A stretch of DNA of 64,000 nt from the NCBI RefSeq assembly GCF_020745735.1, contig NC_083437.1, positions 23,746,001 to 23,810,000 on the forward strand. The letters are read 5' to 3'. Of this stretch, positions 11,652 to 22,448 are shown one piece after another (within the stretch, counting starts at the first letter, position 1; each line of letters starts with the position of its first letter). Under the pieces are notes generated by a model. That model saw only the letters and a program-made list of their open reading frames with translations. It was not told the origin of the DNA and did no database searches. The DNA comes from Hemiscyllium ocellatum. Its lineage: Eukaryota. The position numbers and the translations under genes are program-made.

Positions 11652-12370
11652 GGCCCGGGCCGGACGCCCGGATGGGTTTAGCTGCTGCACCAGGCCGGGC
11701 CCGTGGCCGCCATATTAGCGCCGCCGTCGCTTTTCCGTGGTGCCGGGATTCGGTTCATTTTCTCGGGGAAGGACAGGCGGCGAAATCCCGCCGGGGTGGC
11801 GATCCGCGGTGCGGCTGCTCGGCCAGGATCCCGTTCAGAAGGCGCTGGGACTGGATTTCATGTCGAGGTAAACACCGAGGGCCTGCGGGCGGAGGACGGA
11901 CGGGAGGGAGGGAGGGAGGGCCGAGGTGTCCGGCTCGGGCCTGGGGGGCAGAGGCGGCTCGGTGCCGGGCCTAAGCCGACCTCCCCATCCCTCTCCCTCA
12001 CCGGCTCCATCCCCTCCGGGTGTCGCTGAGAGCCCGGGAGTGAGGTCTCTGAGTCTCTGTGACACCCGGAACTGCCAATGGGTTAAAAATCCAAATGAAA
12101 TCTCAGCCTGATGCTGTGTGTGATCCCTGAGAGACAGCTCCCACTGTGACCACCCCGTCAACAAAGCGGCTCTCGGAAATTTGAGCTGCCGGCTCCCTTC
12201 ACCGTGATGACTCTTTGAGATCCTGAGGAAGAAACACGCTCAGAGATTGTTGGAGATACTCGGCAGATCCTGCAGCTTCTGTGGAGAGAAAACCGGTCAC
12301 TTCTGAAGAATCGAAACGTCGACTCCCCCCCCCCCCCCCCCCCGATGCCGCCGGACCTGCTGAGTTTCTC
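11651..12370 (+). promoter_or_regulatory. CpG-island promoter of UBE2J2
   Basis: CpG-dense, and the only CpG island between MRPL20 and the UBE2J2 ATG exon. YY1-like CGCCATATT at 11708-11716. Confidence 0.75.
11720..11867 (+). other. UBE2J2: Inferred non-coding exon 1 of UBE2J2 (5' end uncertain)
   Basis: GAG|GTAAAC donor at 11868 within the CpG island. The first coding exon starts exactly at its ATG, so an upstream non-coding exon is required. Confidence 0.55.
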
Positions 12371-12429
12371 CAGCATTTTCTGTGTTTGACTGGAGAATAG
12401 CTAGTGTGGCACCTTTATTGTTGAAGAAG

Positions 12430-13727
12430 GTTAATCGGTATAAACCGGAAAACTAAAGGCCAGTGAGTCTATCGAAATTTCTCATGGACATCATCTTAGT
12501 TTGGAGAAGCAAGGATTAATCAAGGAAAACCAACATAGCTTTATCAGGGAATCATCATGTCTGACAGGTTTGATCCAGATGTCGAGAGATAACGAATTGT
12601 GTGGATGAAGTGCAGTGGATGTAGTTGGTATGGATTTTGTAAGGCTTTTTCATATGGGAGACTAGTCAAGAAGGTAAAAGCCCATGGAATCCAGAGCAAA
12701 TTGAATCTAAATTTGGTTTAAAAGCAGGTGATTGCTGAAGGTTGTCTTTGTGATTAGAGGCTTGTGTCTAATGATGTACGACAGGGTTTGGTTCTGGATC
12801 CCTTGCTGTTTGTAGTGTACGTTAATGTCCTAGACATGAATGTATGAATTTTGATCAGTAAGTTCACAGATGATACAAAATTTGGAGGTGTGATAAATGT
12901 TGACAAGGAAAGCCGTAGACTACAGTATAACGTAGATGGTCTCATCAGATTGCCAGACAACAGCAAATGGAATTTCATCCTGAAAAGTGTGAGGTGATGC
13001 ATTTTTGTAGGACAAGGGAGTACATGATGAATGCAGGATGCTGAGAAATACAGAGGATCAGAGGGATCTTGCTGTGCAAGACCACAGTTTCGTGAAGGCG
13101 ATCTGATAGGTGGATAACGTGATTTAGAACACATATGCAGTACTTGTCTTTTATTAGTTAAGGTATTGAATAAAAGAGCAGGGATTATGATGGAGATATG
13201 GTTAGGCCACAGTTAGAGTGCTGTGTGCAGTTCTGGTCATCACACTATAGGGAGTATGTCATTGCACTTGAGAGGGCACAGAGGAATCTACAGGACTTTG
13301 CCTGAGCTGGTGAGTTTAAGCTTTTAAGACTAGATAAGCTTGGGGCTGTTTTCCTTTGATCAGAGAAATCTGAGGAGTGACCTAATTGGGGTATGCTACA
13401 ATGGGGGTCATAAATAGTAAGAAACATTTCCCCTTAGAAGGATCCATAACCCATGGGCATAGATTTAAGGTAAGGGCCAGAAGGTTTAGAGGAAATTTAA
13501 GGAAGAATTTATTTCACCCAACAGATGCTAGGTATCTGGAGCTCACTGCCTGAAAGAGACAGAATCACTGCATATTCAAGTACAGTATTTAGATAATCAC
13601 TTGAAATGTCATATGTACAAGGCTTTGGGCCAAGCACTGAAAAATGGATTAGAGTAGATAGGTACTCAATAGCTGGTGTGATATCGTAGGTTAAAGGGGT
13701 TCTTGGTGGTGTATGACTCTGTCTCTA
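12430..13727 (+). mobile_element. Decayed CR1 LINE (RT and 3' end)
   Basis: QGLVLDPLLFVVYVN..ISKFTDDTK-like RT motifs, LECCVQFWS, and a 3' end TATGACTCT. Confidence 0.85.
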
Positions 13728-13729
13728 AT

Positions 13730-14050
13730 GTAGGGCATGAAGCAGCCAATTTCTGCACAGTAAGGTCAGTTATGTTTTGTGATATTGGCTGTGATAAATA
13801 TTGGCCAGGATGCTGGAGGTTTTTTTCCTGCTCTTTGAAATGATGCTGTGGGATTGTTAACATCCATCATGGGAAGAAAACCATGTCTCAGCATTTTAAC
13901 AGCTCGGCAGAAAGGCAGCACCTCCTACAGTGCAGCATTTTCTAAGTACTGCACTGACTGTCCTCCTGGAACTTTGTGCTTGAATCTCTTGAATGAGACT
14001 TGAATTCACAGCCTTCTATCTCAATGGCCGTTGCACTGCTGACTAAATCA
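13730..14050 (-). mobile_element. Deu-domain SINE (SacSINE1-like), decayed
   Basis: GATAAATATTGGCCAGGA..CAGCACCTCCTACAGTGCAGCA..GTACTGCACTG resembles the reverse complement of the Deu domain. A + copy is at 52550-52960. Confidence 0.6.
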
Positions 14051-14149
14051 TCGCTGATAAACACCCCGGAGTTTTTCACAAAGACCCATAACCAAGATTG
14101 TTGCATAAAATTAAGGCACTAGAGAATAGGTTATCCTGGATGTTTGTAA

Positions 14150-14700
14150 GGTTTTGGCTAAGATATGAAGTGACAAGTACTCGTTAAGGGAATGATACTG
14201 AACTCGAAGGCTGGATCCTGGGATTTGTTGCTGGGGCTTCTGTTCTTTCTGGTGTACAATGTGGTTTTGGAAATTTTGCATTTTGGACCAATTTGTAATT
14301 ATCAAACTTAGGTGTTGATGTGAAGGACTGGGTAAGCAACAAAATTGGACGCATTCTGCAGAAAATGATGCAGGCGAAAGAGCTGAGGATCTGAACGGAA
14401 AACCTTGTTGAACATAAGTGCAATGTTAGTGGTGGTGATGAGGGGCATGTGCCATCTTGGACTGTACAGAAAGGAGCAAGCACAAGCCCAGGAGCTGGAG
14501 ATGTACACGTCACTGGTTCGACTCCATTTTGGGTATTGGATGCTTCTAGACATCATGAAACAGATTTGAAGGAAGGGCAACTAAGTTCATTAATGTATTG
14601 GCCAAGATATAAGAAGAAAGATGCACTTAATTTATTGAACAAAAATAGCTTGGGGTTGATCTCAAGATATTTTGGATGTTGAAGGAAATAAACAAATCCA
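14150..14700 (+). mobile_element. Highly decayed CR1-like fragment
   Basis: LEMYTSLVRLHFGYW and RATKFI-like remnants around 14495-14595. Confidence 0.4.
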
Positions 14701-15419
14701 TAAACATTGCTCAAGGTAACTTTCGGTATTTTGCAGAGCATAGCTCGTTTGAACTTGCCTATTGCAGTTCTGACATACCTGCTGCCACTGGTTATCAGAG
14801 TAAACAACCAGGCTTGTTTGTCTAGGCAGCACTGTCTTCACCATTATTGTTGTAAATAGTCAAGTGAAATACTTCCAGTCAGTGTTGCTAGTCTTCATTT
14901 GAGTACTTATCTCCTGTTTAGTGTTCATGCTACTCTCACAAGACAATTGTGTTACAGTGATTTAAAAGGAAAATGATTTCCCTCAAATAAACAATCTTGC
15001 CAATACTCTTCAAATTTGTCACCTTAGACCTGACTAAAATTTTATGTCAACACATGGTTCACATTTTATGATTAGGTCTGGACAGATTCAGTACCAATTG
15101 AAGTGTTGAGATTCTTTGCTACTGGCCTGTACAGCTAGGCTGCTCCGAATCGCTGGTACGACGTAATGCACTGAAATGTGGAAAATTCTTGGGAAAACAT
15201 ACTTTTCTCGTACCCAGCACCACCTCTTGCTTGTCATAGCCCTGCACATGATAAGGGAAGTGTCACCATGATGTTTTGGCAGGCATTGTGTAGCTTGTGT
15301 TTGGCCTTTAGTCATCTCACTAGCTGAAAATATTTGTATTCTGCTTCTTTACAGAGCTAATATCCCTGCCACTCAAGGAGAACACAAAAGAGGCTGCAAA
15401 TGTATGTCCACAGTGTGTT

Positions 15420-15870
15420 CTGAGTGGGCAGATGGTGTATCAATGTTAGGAAATGTGAGGTGTTTACATTGGTCATAGACTAGAAAAGCAGAATTTCTTT
15501 CATGCAGTGAAACTGTAAATGTTGATGTTCAGGGGGAGTTTGGATGTACTCCTGCAAAGATACAAAATTAGCAACAGTTGCAGCAAGCAACTTATTGCAA
15601 GGGGATTACAGCATGAGAGTAAGGAAGTCTTGCTACAATTGTACAGGGCTTTGGTGAGTTCGTACATGGAGTATTGTGTGCAGTTTTGGTGTCTACTTGT
15701 AAGGAAGGATATACATGCACTGGAGACCGTACAGCAGAGGTTCATGAGATTCATCTCAGGCCTGAGAGGATTGTACTGACTACCGAGAGGCTGAGTAAAC
15801 TGAGTCAATGTAAGGAGAAATTTCTTCATTCAAAACGTTGTGAATCTTCAACCCCAAATAATTGTGGGTA
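15420..15870 (+). mobile_element. Decayed CR1 LINE fragment
   Basis: KEVLLQLYRALVSSYMEYCVQFWCLLVRKDIHALETVQQRFMRFISGLRGL. Confidence 0.85.
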
Positions 15871-16084
15871 GTCTGAAATAAAAACCAAAAGTGCTGGAGA
15901 AGCTCAATAGATCTAGCAATATCTGTGGCAAGAGAAACCAGGTTAATGTTTTAAGTCTAATGACTCTTCTTTGGCACTCTGAAGTTCTGAAGGATAGAAG
16001 AAGAATCATATTGGATTCACAATGTTAGCTCTGTTTCTTTCCCCACAGATCCAAATCATCTGGATTTCTCTTGCACTTAGAGAT

Positions 16085-16380
16085 GGGCGGCACGGTGGCT
16101 CAGTGTTTAGCACTGCTGCCTCACAGCACCAGGGTCCCAGGTTTGATTCCAGCCTCGGGTGACTGGGTGGAGTTTGCACATTCTCCCCATGTCTGCGTGG
16201 GTTTCCTCCCACAGTCCAAACATGTGCAGGTTGAGTGAATTGGCCATGCTAAATTGCCCATAGTGTTGAGTGCATTAGTCAGAGGGAAATGGGTCTGGTT
16301 GGGTTACTCTTTGGAGGGTCGGTGTGGACTTGTTGGGCCGAAGGGTCTGTTTCCACACTGTAGAGAATCTAATGTAATCT
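16085..16380 (+). mobile_element. HE1-type tRNA-derived SINE (V-SINE)
   Basis: GGGCGGCACGGTGGCTCAGTG A-box, GGTTTGATTCC B-box, V-domain GGAGTTTGCACATTCTCCCC, and a HER1-like tail with (AATCT)n. Confidence 0.92.
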
Positions 16381-16694
16381 TAGTGCAGATGGAGAGATAA
16401 AATAAACATAATTTTCATTTATTTAAGTATTGTCGTTGATCGTGTTTATCAAAAGATTGAGGGCTGCGATAGCTTTTTGAAATTGCGCAATAGGAGCAGC
16501 AAAGTGGAGTTGAGGCAGCAGGTCGGTCATTGTCAATTGCTGTTACTTATATTCTCTTCCACCCTGATCTAATTGTTATACTTTTAAAGGTTTGTGTATC
16601 TGAATCTCTTGGTCTTTTAGTCATGTAGTGCATATTATAAACCTACCAAATTGCACTATCTCTCGCTCTCTGCATTAAATTTCATCCATAAAGT

Positions 16695-17030
16695 GAGGTG
16701 TTGGCCTAGCAGTATTATCACCAGACTGTTAATCCAGAGACCCCAGGTAATGTCCTGGGGACCAGAATTTAAATATTACCATGACAGATGTGGAATATAA
16801 ATTCAATAAAAATCTGGGAATAAAGGTCTAGTGTCTGGGAAGGAAAGCCATCTGGTTCATTATTGTCCTTCAGGGAAAGGAGTCTGCTGTTGTTGCCCGG
16901 TCTGGCCTACATATGACTCCAGATCCACAGCGATGTGGTTGACTCTTAACTACTCTGGGCAATTAGAGTTGGGCAATAAATGCAGGCCTAGCAGCGACGC
17001 CAACATCCCCTGAACGAAATTTTTAAAATG
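16695..17030 (+). mobile_element. tRNA-derived SINE with an L2/Crack-like 3' tail
   Basis: TGGCCTAGCAG A-box-like head; tail GGGCAATAAATGCAGGCCTAGCAGCGACGCCAACATCCC. Reverse copies at about 9385-9665 and 17370-17970. Confidence 0.65.
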
Positions 17031-17369
17031 TGTTCAGTTTATTAATCAGCTATTAATTGCTCAGTCATCTCAGCAGTTAATCATGCTGCCTATTTTTGTA
17101 TCATTTGCAAGTATTGGGATTCTGACACAGATCAGAGAATCCTTGAAAGAAGAGCTGTATTCCTAGTGAACCTCCATCCACACTTCTGTTCCAGCTGCCT
17201 GTCTGTGAAATAACCATATTGTGAATTTTCTTTATGTAAACATTTTTAAAAATAACCTATCTGCCAAACACAGCTCTCTATTTTCAAATATGTACTGCTT
17301 CCTTTACATTTATCAACAGAGACATGATTTAATTATTTGTATTTTGACACCTAGAAACTTACCCATTTA

Positions 17370-17970
17370 TTTTTATTTTCTTTATTCTTTTGTGGAATGT
17401 AGGTGTTGTCCATCCCTAACTGCCCTGAGTGTCTTGCTTTGATTTAGGGGGTAGTTAAGAGTCAGCCATGTTGCTGTGAATCCAGAGTCACACATTGGCC
17501 AGGCCAGGTAAGGATAGCAGATTTCCTTCCCTAAAAGACATTAGAGAGCCATGTAGTCTACAAAGAAAATATGAACAGGAGTAGGCTATTCAGACTTTTT
17601 GAGCCTGCACTACCAATCAAAACGATCATGGCCAATCATCCAATTCAGTAACCTGTTCCTGTTTTCTCCACAGTTTTTGATCCTCTTAGCCCTAAGAAGT
17701 ATATCTATCAAGAAGGCACATGACTTCTGTCAAGTGACTGGCAGGACACTATTGTAATCATAGATGGTACTGCTGAATTTACAAACAGGCCAGAAGCCAT
17801 AGTTTTATGACAATCCATGGTATCATGGTCACAATTACTGGTGACCAGCTTGACGTTATTTTTATTGAACTTAATTTCCACCAGCTGCCATGCTGGACTT
17901 TGTCCCCATGTCCCCTGGACATTATCTTGGGCAACAGGATTACCAGTCGAGTGACATTACCACAGTATCC
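17370..17970 (-). mobile_element. Same SINE family as 16695-17030, interrupted by a CR1 3'-end fragment (about 17550-17710)
   Basis: Reverse-complement similarity to 16695-17030. Confidence 0.55.
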
Positions 17971-19299
17971 CTGCATTTATACTGTTTATCTCCTTTTAGC
18001 AAAGGTCAATCTGTCCAGAACTGTGGCAGTACTTCCATATTGAGTAATGTTTGAGCTTGTGATCTGTTTCTGACTGACCTCAGCATTCTAAAGTCCAAGC
18101 AATCAGGGCTAAAGTTGCTTCCTCTTTGTTTGAATTCTTTCCAATAATACTTCATCTACAGTAATCTTCATCTAGGATCCTTTCATTCTCATTTTCACAT
18201 TGGGAAGCTAAGGTGTTCATTTAGTATTGCCAGTCAATTCTTTGTGTTTACTAAAATGTTTTCCTTGACTATATTGTTTTACTTGCCCTTTCCCAAAATT
18301 GGCATTTTCTTTCTCTGTTCCACCTATTTTCATATTTTCTTTTCATTTTTCTAATCTATTGTTTGCATTCCTTTTGTGTTTTCAGAATTCTAGATTTTGC
18401 TAGTTCCAGGTTTGACAATGTGCATGTTTTTAAATTAAATTTGAATTTCTTCATTGAAGGAGCTCCAGCTTCTAATGCAGCAACTTTATCTCTGGGAATT
18501 GACCCCAATGTGAAAAGTTCCCACTCTTTGTGCAGTGTTTTAGTTCATTTTCCAATTTATCTGGGGTTCATACCTCACTGTAAAAATTTTCCTCATTTTG
18601 TAATATTTTAGCTGTTTCCAGATGATGTTGACCCCTGTGTTCATGACTGACTCCAAATTATTTCCTTAACTTACCCAGCGCTGTAAAACTCAACTGATCT
18701 TGAAAGTAGTCCTGGACACGTCGTAGAGACCCCTCTCCTTTGATGCCTCTTTCACTGCTCTTACTTCATTTTATTTTTCAATAATTGCAGCCATTTATTA
18801 TAGTTGTTTTGTTTCTATTTTCTCTTTGTCTAAATAACTTTTGCAGTAGTCTTTGGTCGTGTATACAATAGGTATGCAAGAGAATAGAAGTTCCCTTAAC
18901 TAACCACGAAGGTTCAGGTTTTGCATTATCTGTATGTTGGCCCTTCTCTTCCTGCTGAAATTGTTCCCTCTTGAATATTACCGAACCAGGAGTGTTTAGT
19001 TCCTAGTCCTGCCTTTGCTTAAGCTGCATTTCTGTTGTTGCTGTTTAATGTTCCCAGTAGGCTGTTCAAAATGCAGAGTATTCTATAAACAGCATCCAAA
19101 AGCACTATCTAAATCAGTATGTTTCAAGACCAATAAAGAGTGAAACATTGCTGATTTAAGAAACTGAATTTGGGTAAATAACACTTTTTGGAAAGTAAGA
19201 GAGCAATTAAATCACGGCACTGCTCGGTTCAGAATAAAAAATAAATGTGCAATGAATCCAAAGATAAGGAAAACTCAGTGTGGTTAAATTTGATCTGGC

Positions 19300-20580
19300 T
19301 CAATTTAATTAGATGGAATAGTTAGTAAACAAGATGTCTGATCAAACATGGGCAATTTTCAACTACGGAACAAATTTAAGGCAAACTCCCCCACAATGGA
19401 GTTCAGTGGAAAGATAAATTAAAAATAAACCTAAAAGGTAGGGCTCTTAAAAAGTCATGAGGGAATGCATCAAAGGGAGGAGATTAAGAAGACTAAAAGA
19501 AAACATGAACCAGATTAGCCAGTAACAGGAAATTAATGAAGGCCATCTATAGACATTTTAAAAAGTGTGAGAATAAGTAAAGAGGAGGACTGTTAAGGAG
19601 GAATGGTGCAATCCAGTTTTGAAAGTTATGGGAAGATGAGAGAGCTCCTAAATATTTGGTGACAGGTTTTTATTAAATGGTAGCAATAATGTCGGGGAAC
19701 CAAACTGAAGAGAGAATCATATTCTGCCGAAGTTAGCACACTGCATGTTGGGTATGTTCCTGGGCTCTGACACAGACCCACTGCTGTTGACGGAAATCAG
19801 AGAGGCAATAGCAGAGGTTCTGATTGCAATTTTTCAATTTTCCTTAGATATACAAATTGTGCCATGGCCTGAAGGGTAACCAATGTAACACCTCTGCTCA
19901 GGAAAAGAGAGGAGGATAAACCAGGTAATTATTGATGAGCTAGTCTAATATCAAGTGTGAGTATACACTTAGAATCTATTCTTGCAAATAAAATTAGTTA
20001 GGCATTACAAATGTATTAATTAACTAAAAACTGCCAGCATGGGTATATTAAAACAAATTATATTTGACAAATGTTTTGGAAAACCTGGTCAGTTGGACTT
20101 GTAACGTGAATGTAGCTGGTGTGCTGATTATAGATTTTTCAGAAGCCATTTGGATGAATTTTCAGAGGGTGCAGGAGTATTGTACAAGAGATAACAAACC
20201 CTAAACAAAGCATTAGTTTTAATGGGTATTGCTTAGATTGAAGCTTAGATGGAAGTTGTGTCCTGGGGTCAGCATTTTGTTTCCTGAATATTTAGATGAT
20301 TTAGACTTGCGCACAGGAAACATCGGAATTTGGTGATAACCCAAATTAAAATGGTTGCAATCAATGAGGGCAATTTTGTATCATTTGAGGAAGATATAGG
20401 TGAGCAGAATGCACAGATTTTGCCAGAAACAATTTAAGTGCCAGTGAATGGGAGACAATAATGAAGTTATATAGCCAGTGGTTTGGCCACAGTTAAGAGT
20501 TTTGTGATCTCCCTTAGGCCTGCTGTTAAAGGATGGAGATTAAAACTATTGAGAGTATAGTGTAGATTTACCAGATTAAT
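19300..20580 (+). mobile_element. Old decayed CR1 LINE ORF2
   Basis: NVTPLLRKR..DKPGNY..SLISS, QHGYIK and DFSEAI(F)D-like motifs. Confidence 0.65.
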
Positions 20581-20604
20581 AAATGGGTGAAAACAGTAGC
20601 TTTT

Positions 20605-21385
20605 TTTGGGTGTAGATTTGCTTGCTGAGCTGGAAGGTCCATTTCCAGACGTTTTGTCACCCTACTAGGTAACCTCTTCAGCACTGGGCCAACGGGCGAA
20701 GCACTGCAGATACTTCCTGCTTTCTATTTATGTTTGGGTTTCTTTGGGTTGGTGATGTCATTTCATGTTCTTTTTTCTCAGGTGGTGGTAGATGGGGGTC
20801 TAACTTGATGTGTTTGTTGATAGAGTTCCAGTTGGAATGTCATGCTTCTAGGAATTCTTGTGCATCTCTGTTTGGCTTGTCCTAGGATGGATGTGTTGTC
20901 CCAGTCGAAGCGGTGTCCTTCCTTATCTGTACATACTACATTGGACAAAGAGGCAGAAAACTAGCCACCCGGATACATGAACATCAACTAGCCACAAAAC
21001 GACATGACCCTCTCTCACTAGTATCCTGACATACAAATAAGGAAGGACAACACATCCGTCCTAGGACAAGCCAAACAGAGACATGCACAAGAATTCCTAG
21101 AAGCATGGCATTCCAACCGGAACTCTATTAACAAACACATCGAGTTAAACCCCCATCTACACCCCCTGAGAAAAAGAACCGGAAATGACATCACCAAAGG
21201 AAATAGCATCACCAACCCAAAGAAACTCAAACATATAAATAGAAAACAGGAATCAGCAGCAGTGCTTTGCCCGGAGGCTCACTGAAGATGTTACCTAGTA
21301 TGGTGACAAAGCATCTGGAAATGAGCCTTCCAGATCAGCGGGCAAACCTACATCCAGAACATCAACCTGAGCTACAAATCTTCTG
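20605..21385 (+). mobile_element. Penelope-like element 3' fragment (GIY-YIG endonuclease) with an inverted copy of its 3' end
   Basis: From about 20935: YYIGQRGRKLATRIHEHQLATKRHD..LGQAKQRHAQEFLEAWHSNRNSINKHIEL. 20605-20930 is the reverse complement of about 21030-21355. Confidence 0.88.
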
Positions 21386-22317
21386 CTTTATTAAATTCAA
21401 GCATATTTGTGACTTTGAAAACTGATTAAATCTGCTCTTAGCCTCCTTAGTGGAAAACAATCCTAGATTCCCTGGCTGTCAGTGTAAATGAAGTTTCCCC
21501 ATTCCGACTAAATCTCTACTGTCCCCTCTGCTAGCCTCTATTGTTCTTCCCAGAGTTGAACACAAAACTCCATCTGAGGATAACTAGTGTTTAATAGAAT
21601 TTTAGAATAGCATCCTTGCTTTTGTAATCTTAGCCTCTGTTAATAATAAAGCCATGTGCTCTTCTAATACTGTTCTCAACAGTGCTCTGGTGCCTTCACC
21701 GATTGCTTATGTACACACACCCAGGACCACTACCACATCCCTGCTCTTATTGTTGACATGTACGTCCATTTATATTTCCTTCCCCTGTTCTTCCACCAAA
21801 ATGTATCATTTCTTTCTTGTCATGAGAAATTTAATTGGTGACGTGTGCCTATTTCATGAATCCTTGTTCTTAACTTTGTTACCATCCTCCTCATGATTTA
21901 CTACATTTACTGACATGGAGGAAACATACTGCTGGTCCTGTAAAAGGCAATTTCAAGAGCTGGGAGTTCAACAAGATCTCCAGCCCAGCAATATTCAGAT
22001 TACTGTTGCTGCATGTACTAGCTGGAAGGAACATGCATTTATATAACTTAGTTTAAGGTGTAATTTTTCCATTGTCTTCAAGTTATCTCAAGGTGTTTCA
22101 TGTCCAAAGATTTTTTGAACTATTGCTCAGTGCCATGTGAAACTTTGTAAACCCATCTTATCAGTTTGTACTGTAGACCACCACAGTCACCTTCTCTGGA
22201 AATGATCTTGTGTGTGTTCCTTGCACAAATAGCTTATGCTGTCTATCTAATGAAATAAAATAAAAGCTTAAAACCCTTTAAACTGCTGAATGAGATAATT
22301 GTTTTTGTTTAACTTAG

Positions 22318-22448
22318 ATGAGCAACAACAGTAATAAGCGAGCTCCAACAACAGCAACACAGAGACTGAAACAGGACTACCTTCGAATAAAGAAAGACCC
22401 AGTGCCTTATATCTGTGCTGAACCTCTCCCATCTAATATTCTTGAATG
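22318..22448 (+). CDS. UBE2J2: Ubiquitin-conjugating enzyme E2 J2, first coding exon
   Basis: ttag|ATG; MSNNSNKRAPTTATQRLKQDYLRIKKDPVPYICAEPLPSNILE(W); GTAAGT donor; 131 nt. Confidence 0.97.

Noticed and set aside
10654-11974. Long ORFs of 423, 324 and 318 aa
   Set aside because: Produced by a 45-bp (multiple of 3) minisatellite that lacks stops in several frames on both strands. No protein features.
14184-14844. Cluster of overlapping ORFs suggesting a hidden gene or endogenous virus
   Set aside because: Contains decayed CR1 motifs (SLVRLHFGY, RATKFI) and no coherent reading frame.
16085-16160. tRNA gene-like A/B boxes (also at 48155 and 62460-62534)
   Set aside because: These are SINE heads continuing into HE1 bodies, not tRNA genes.
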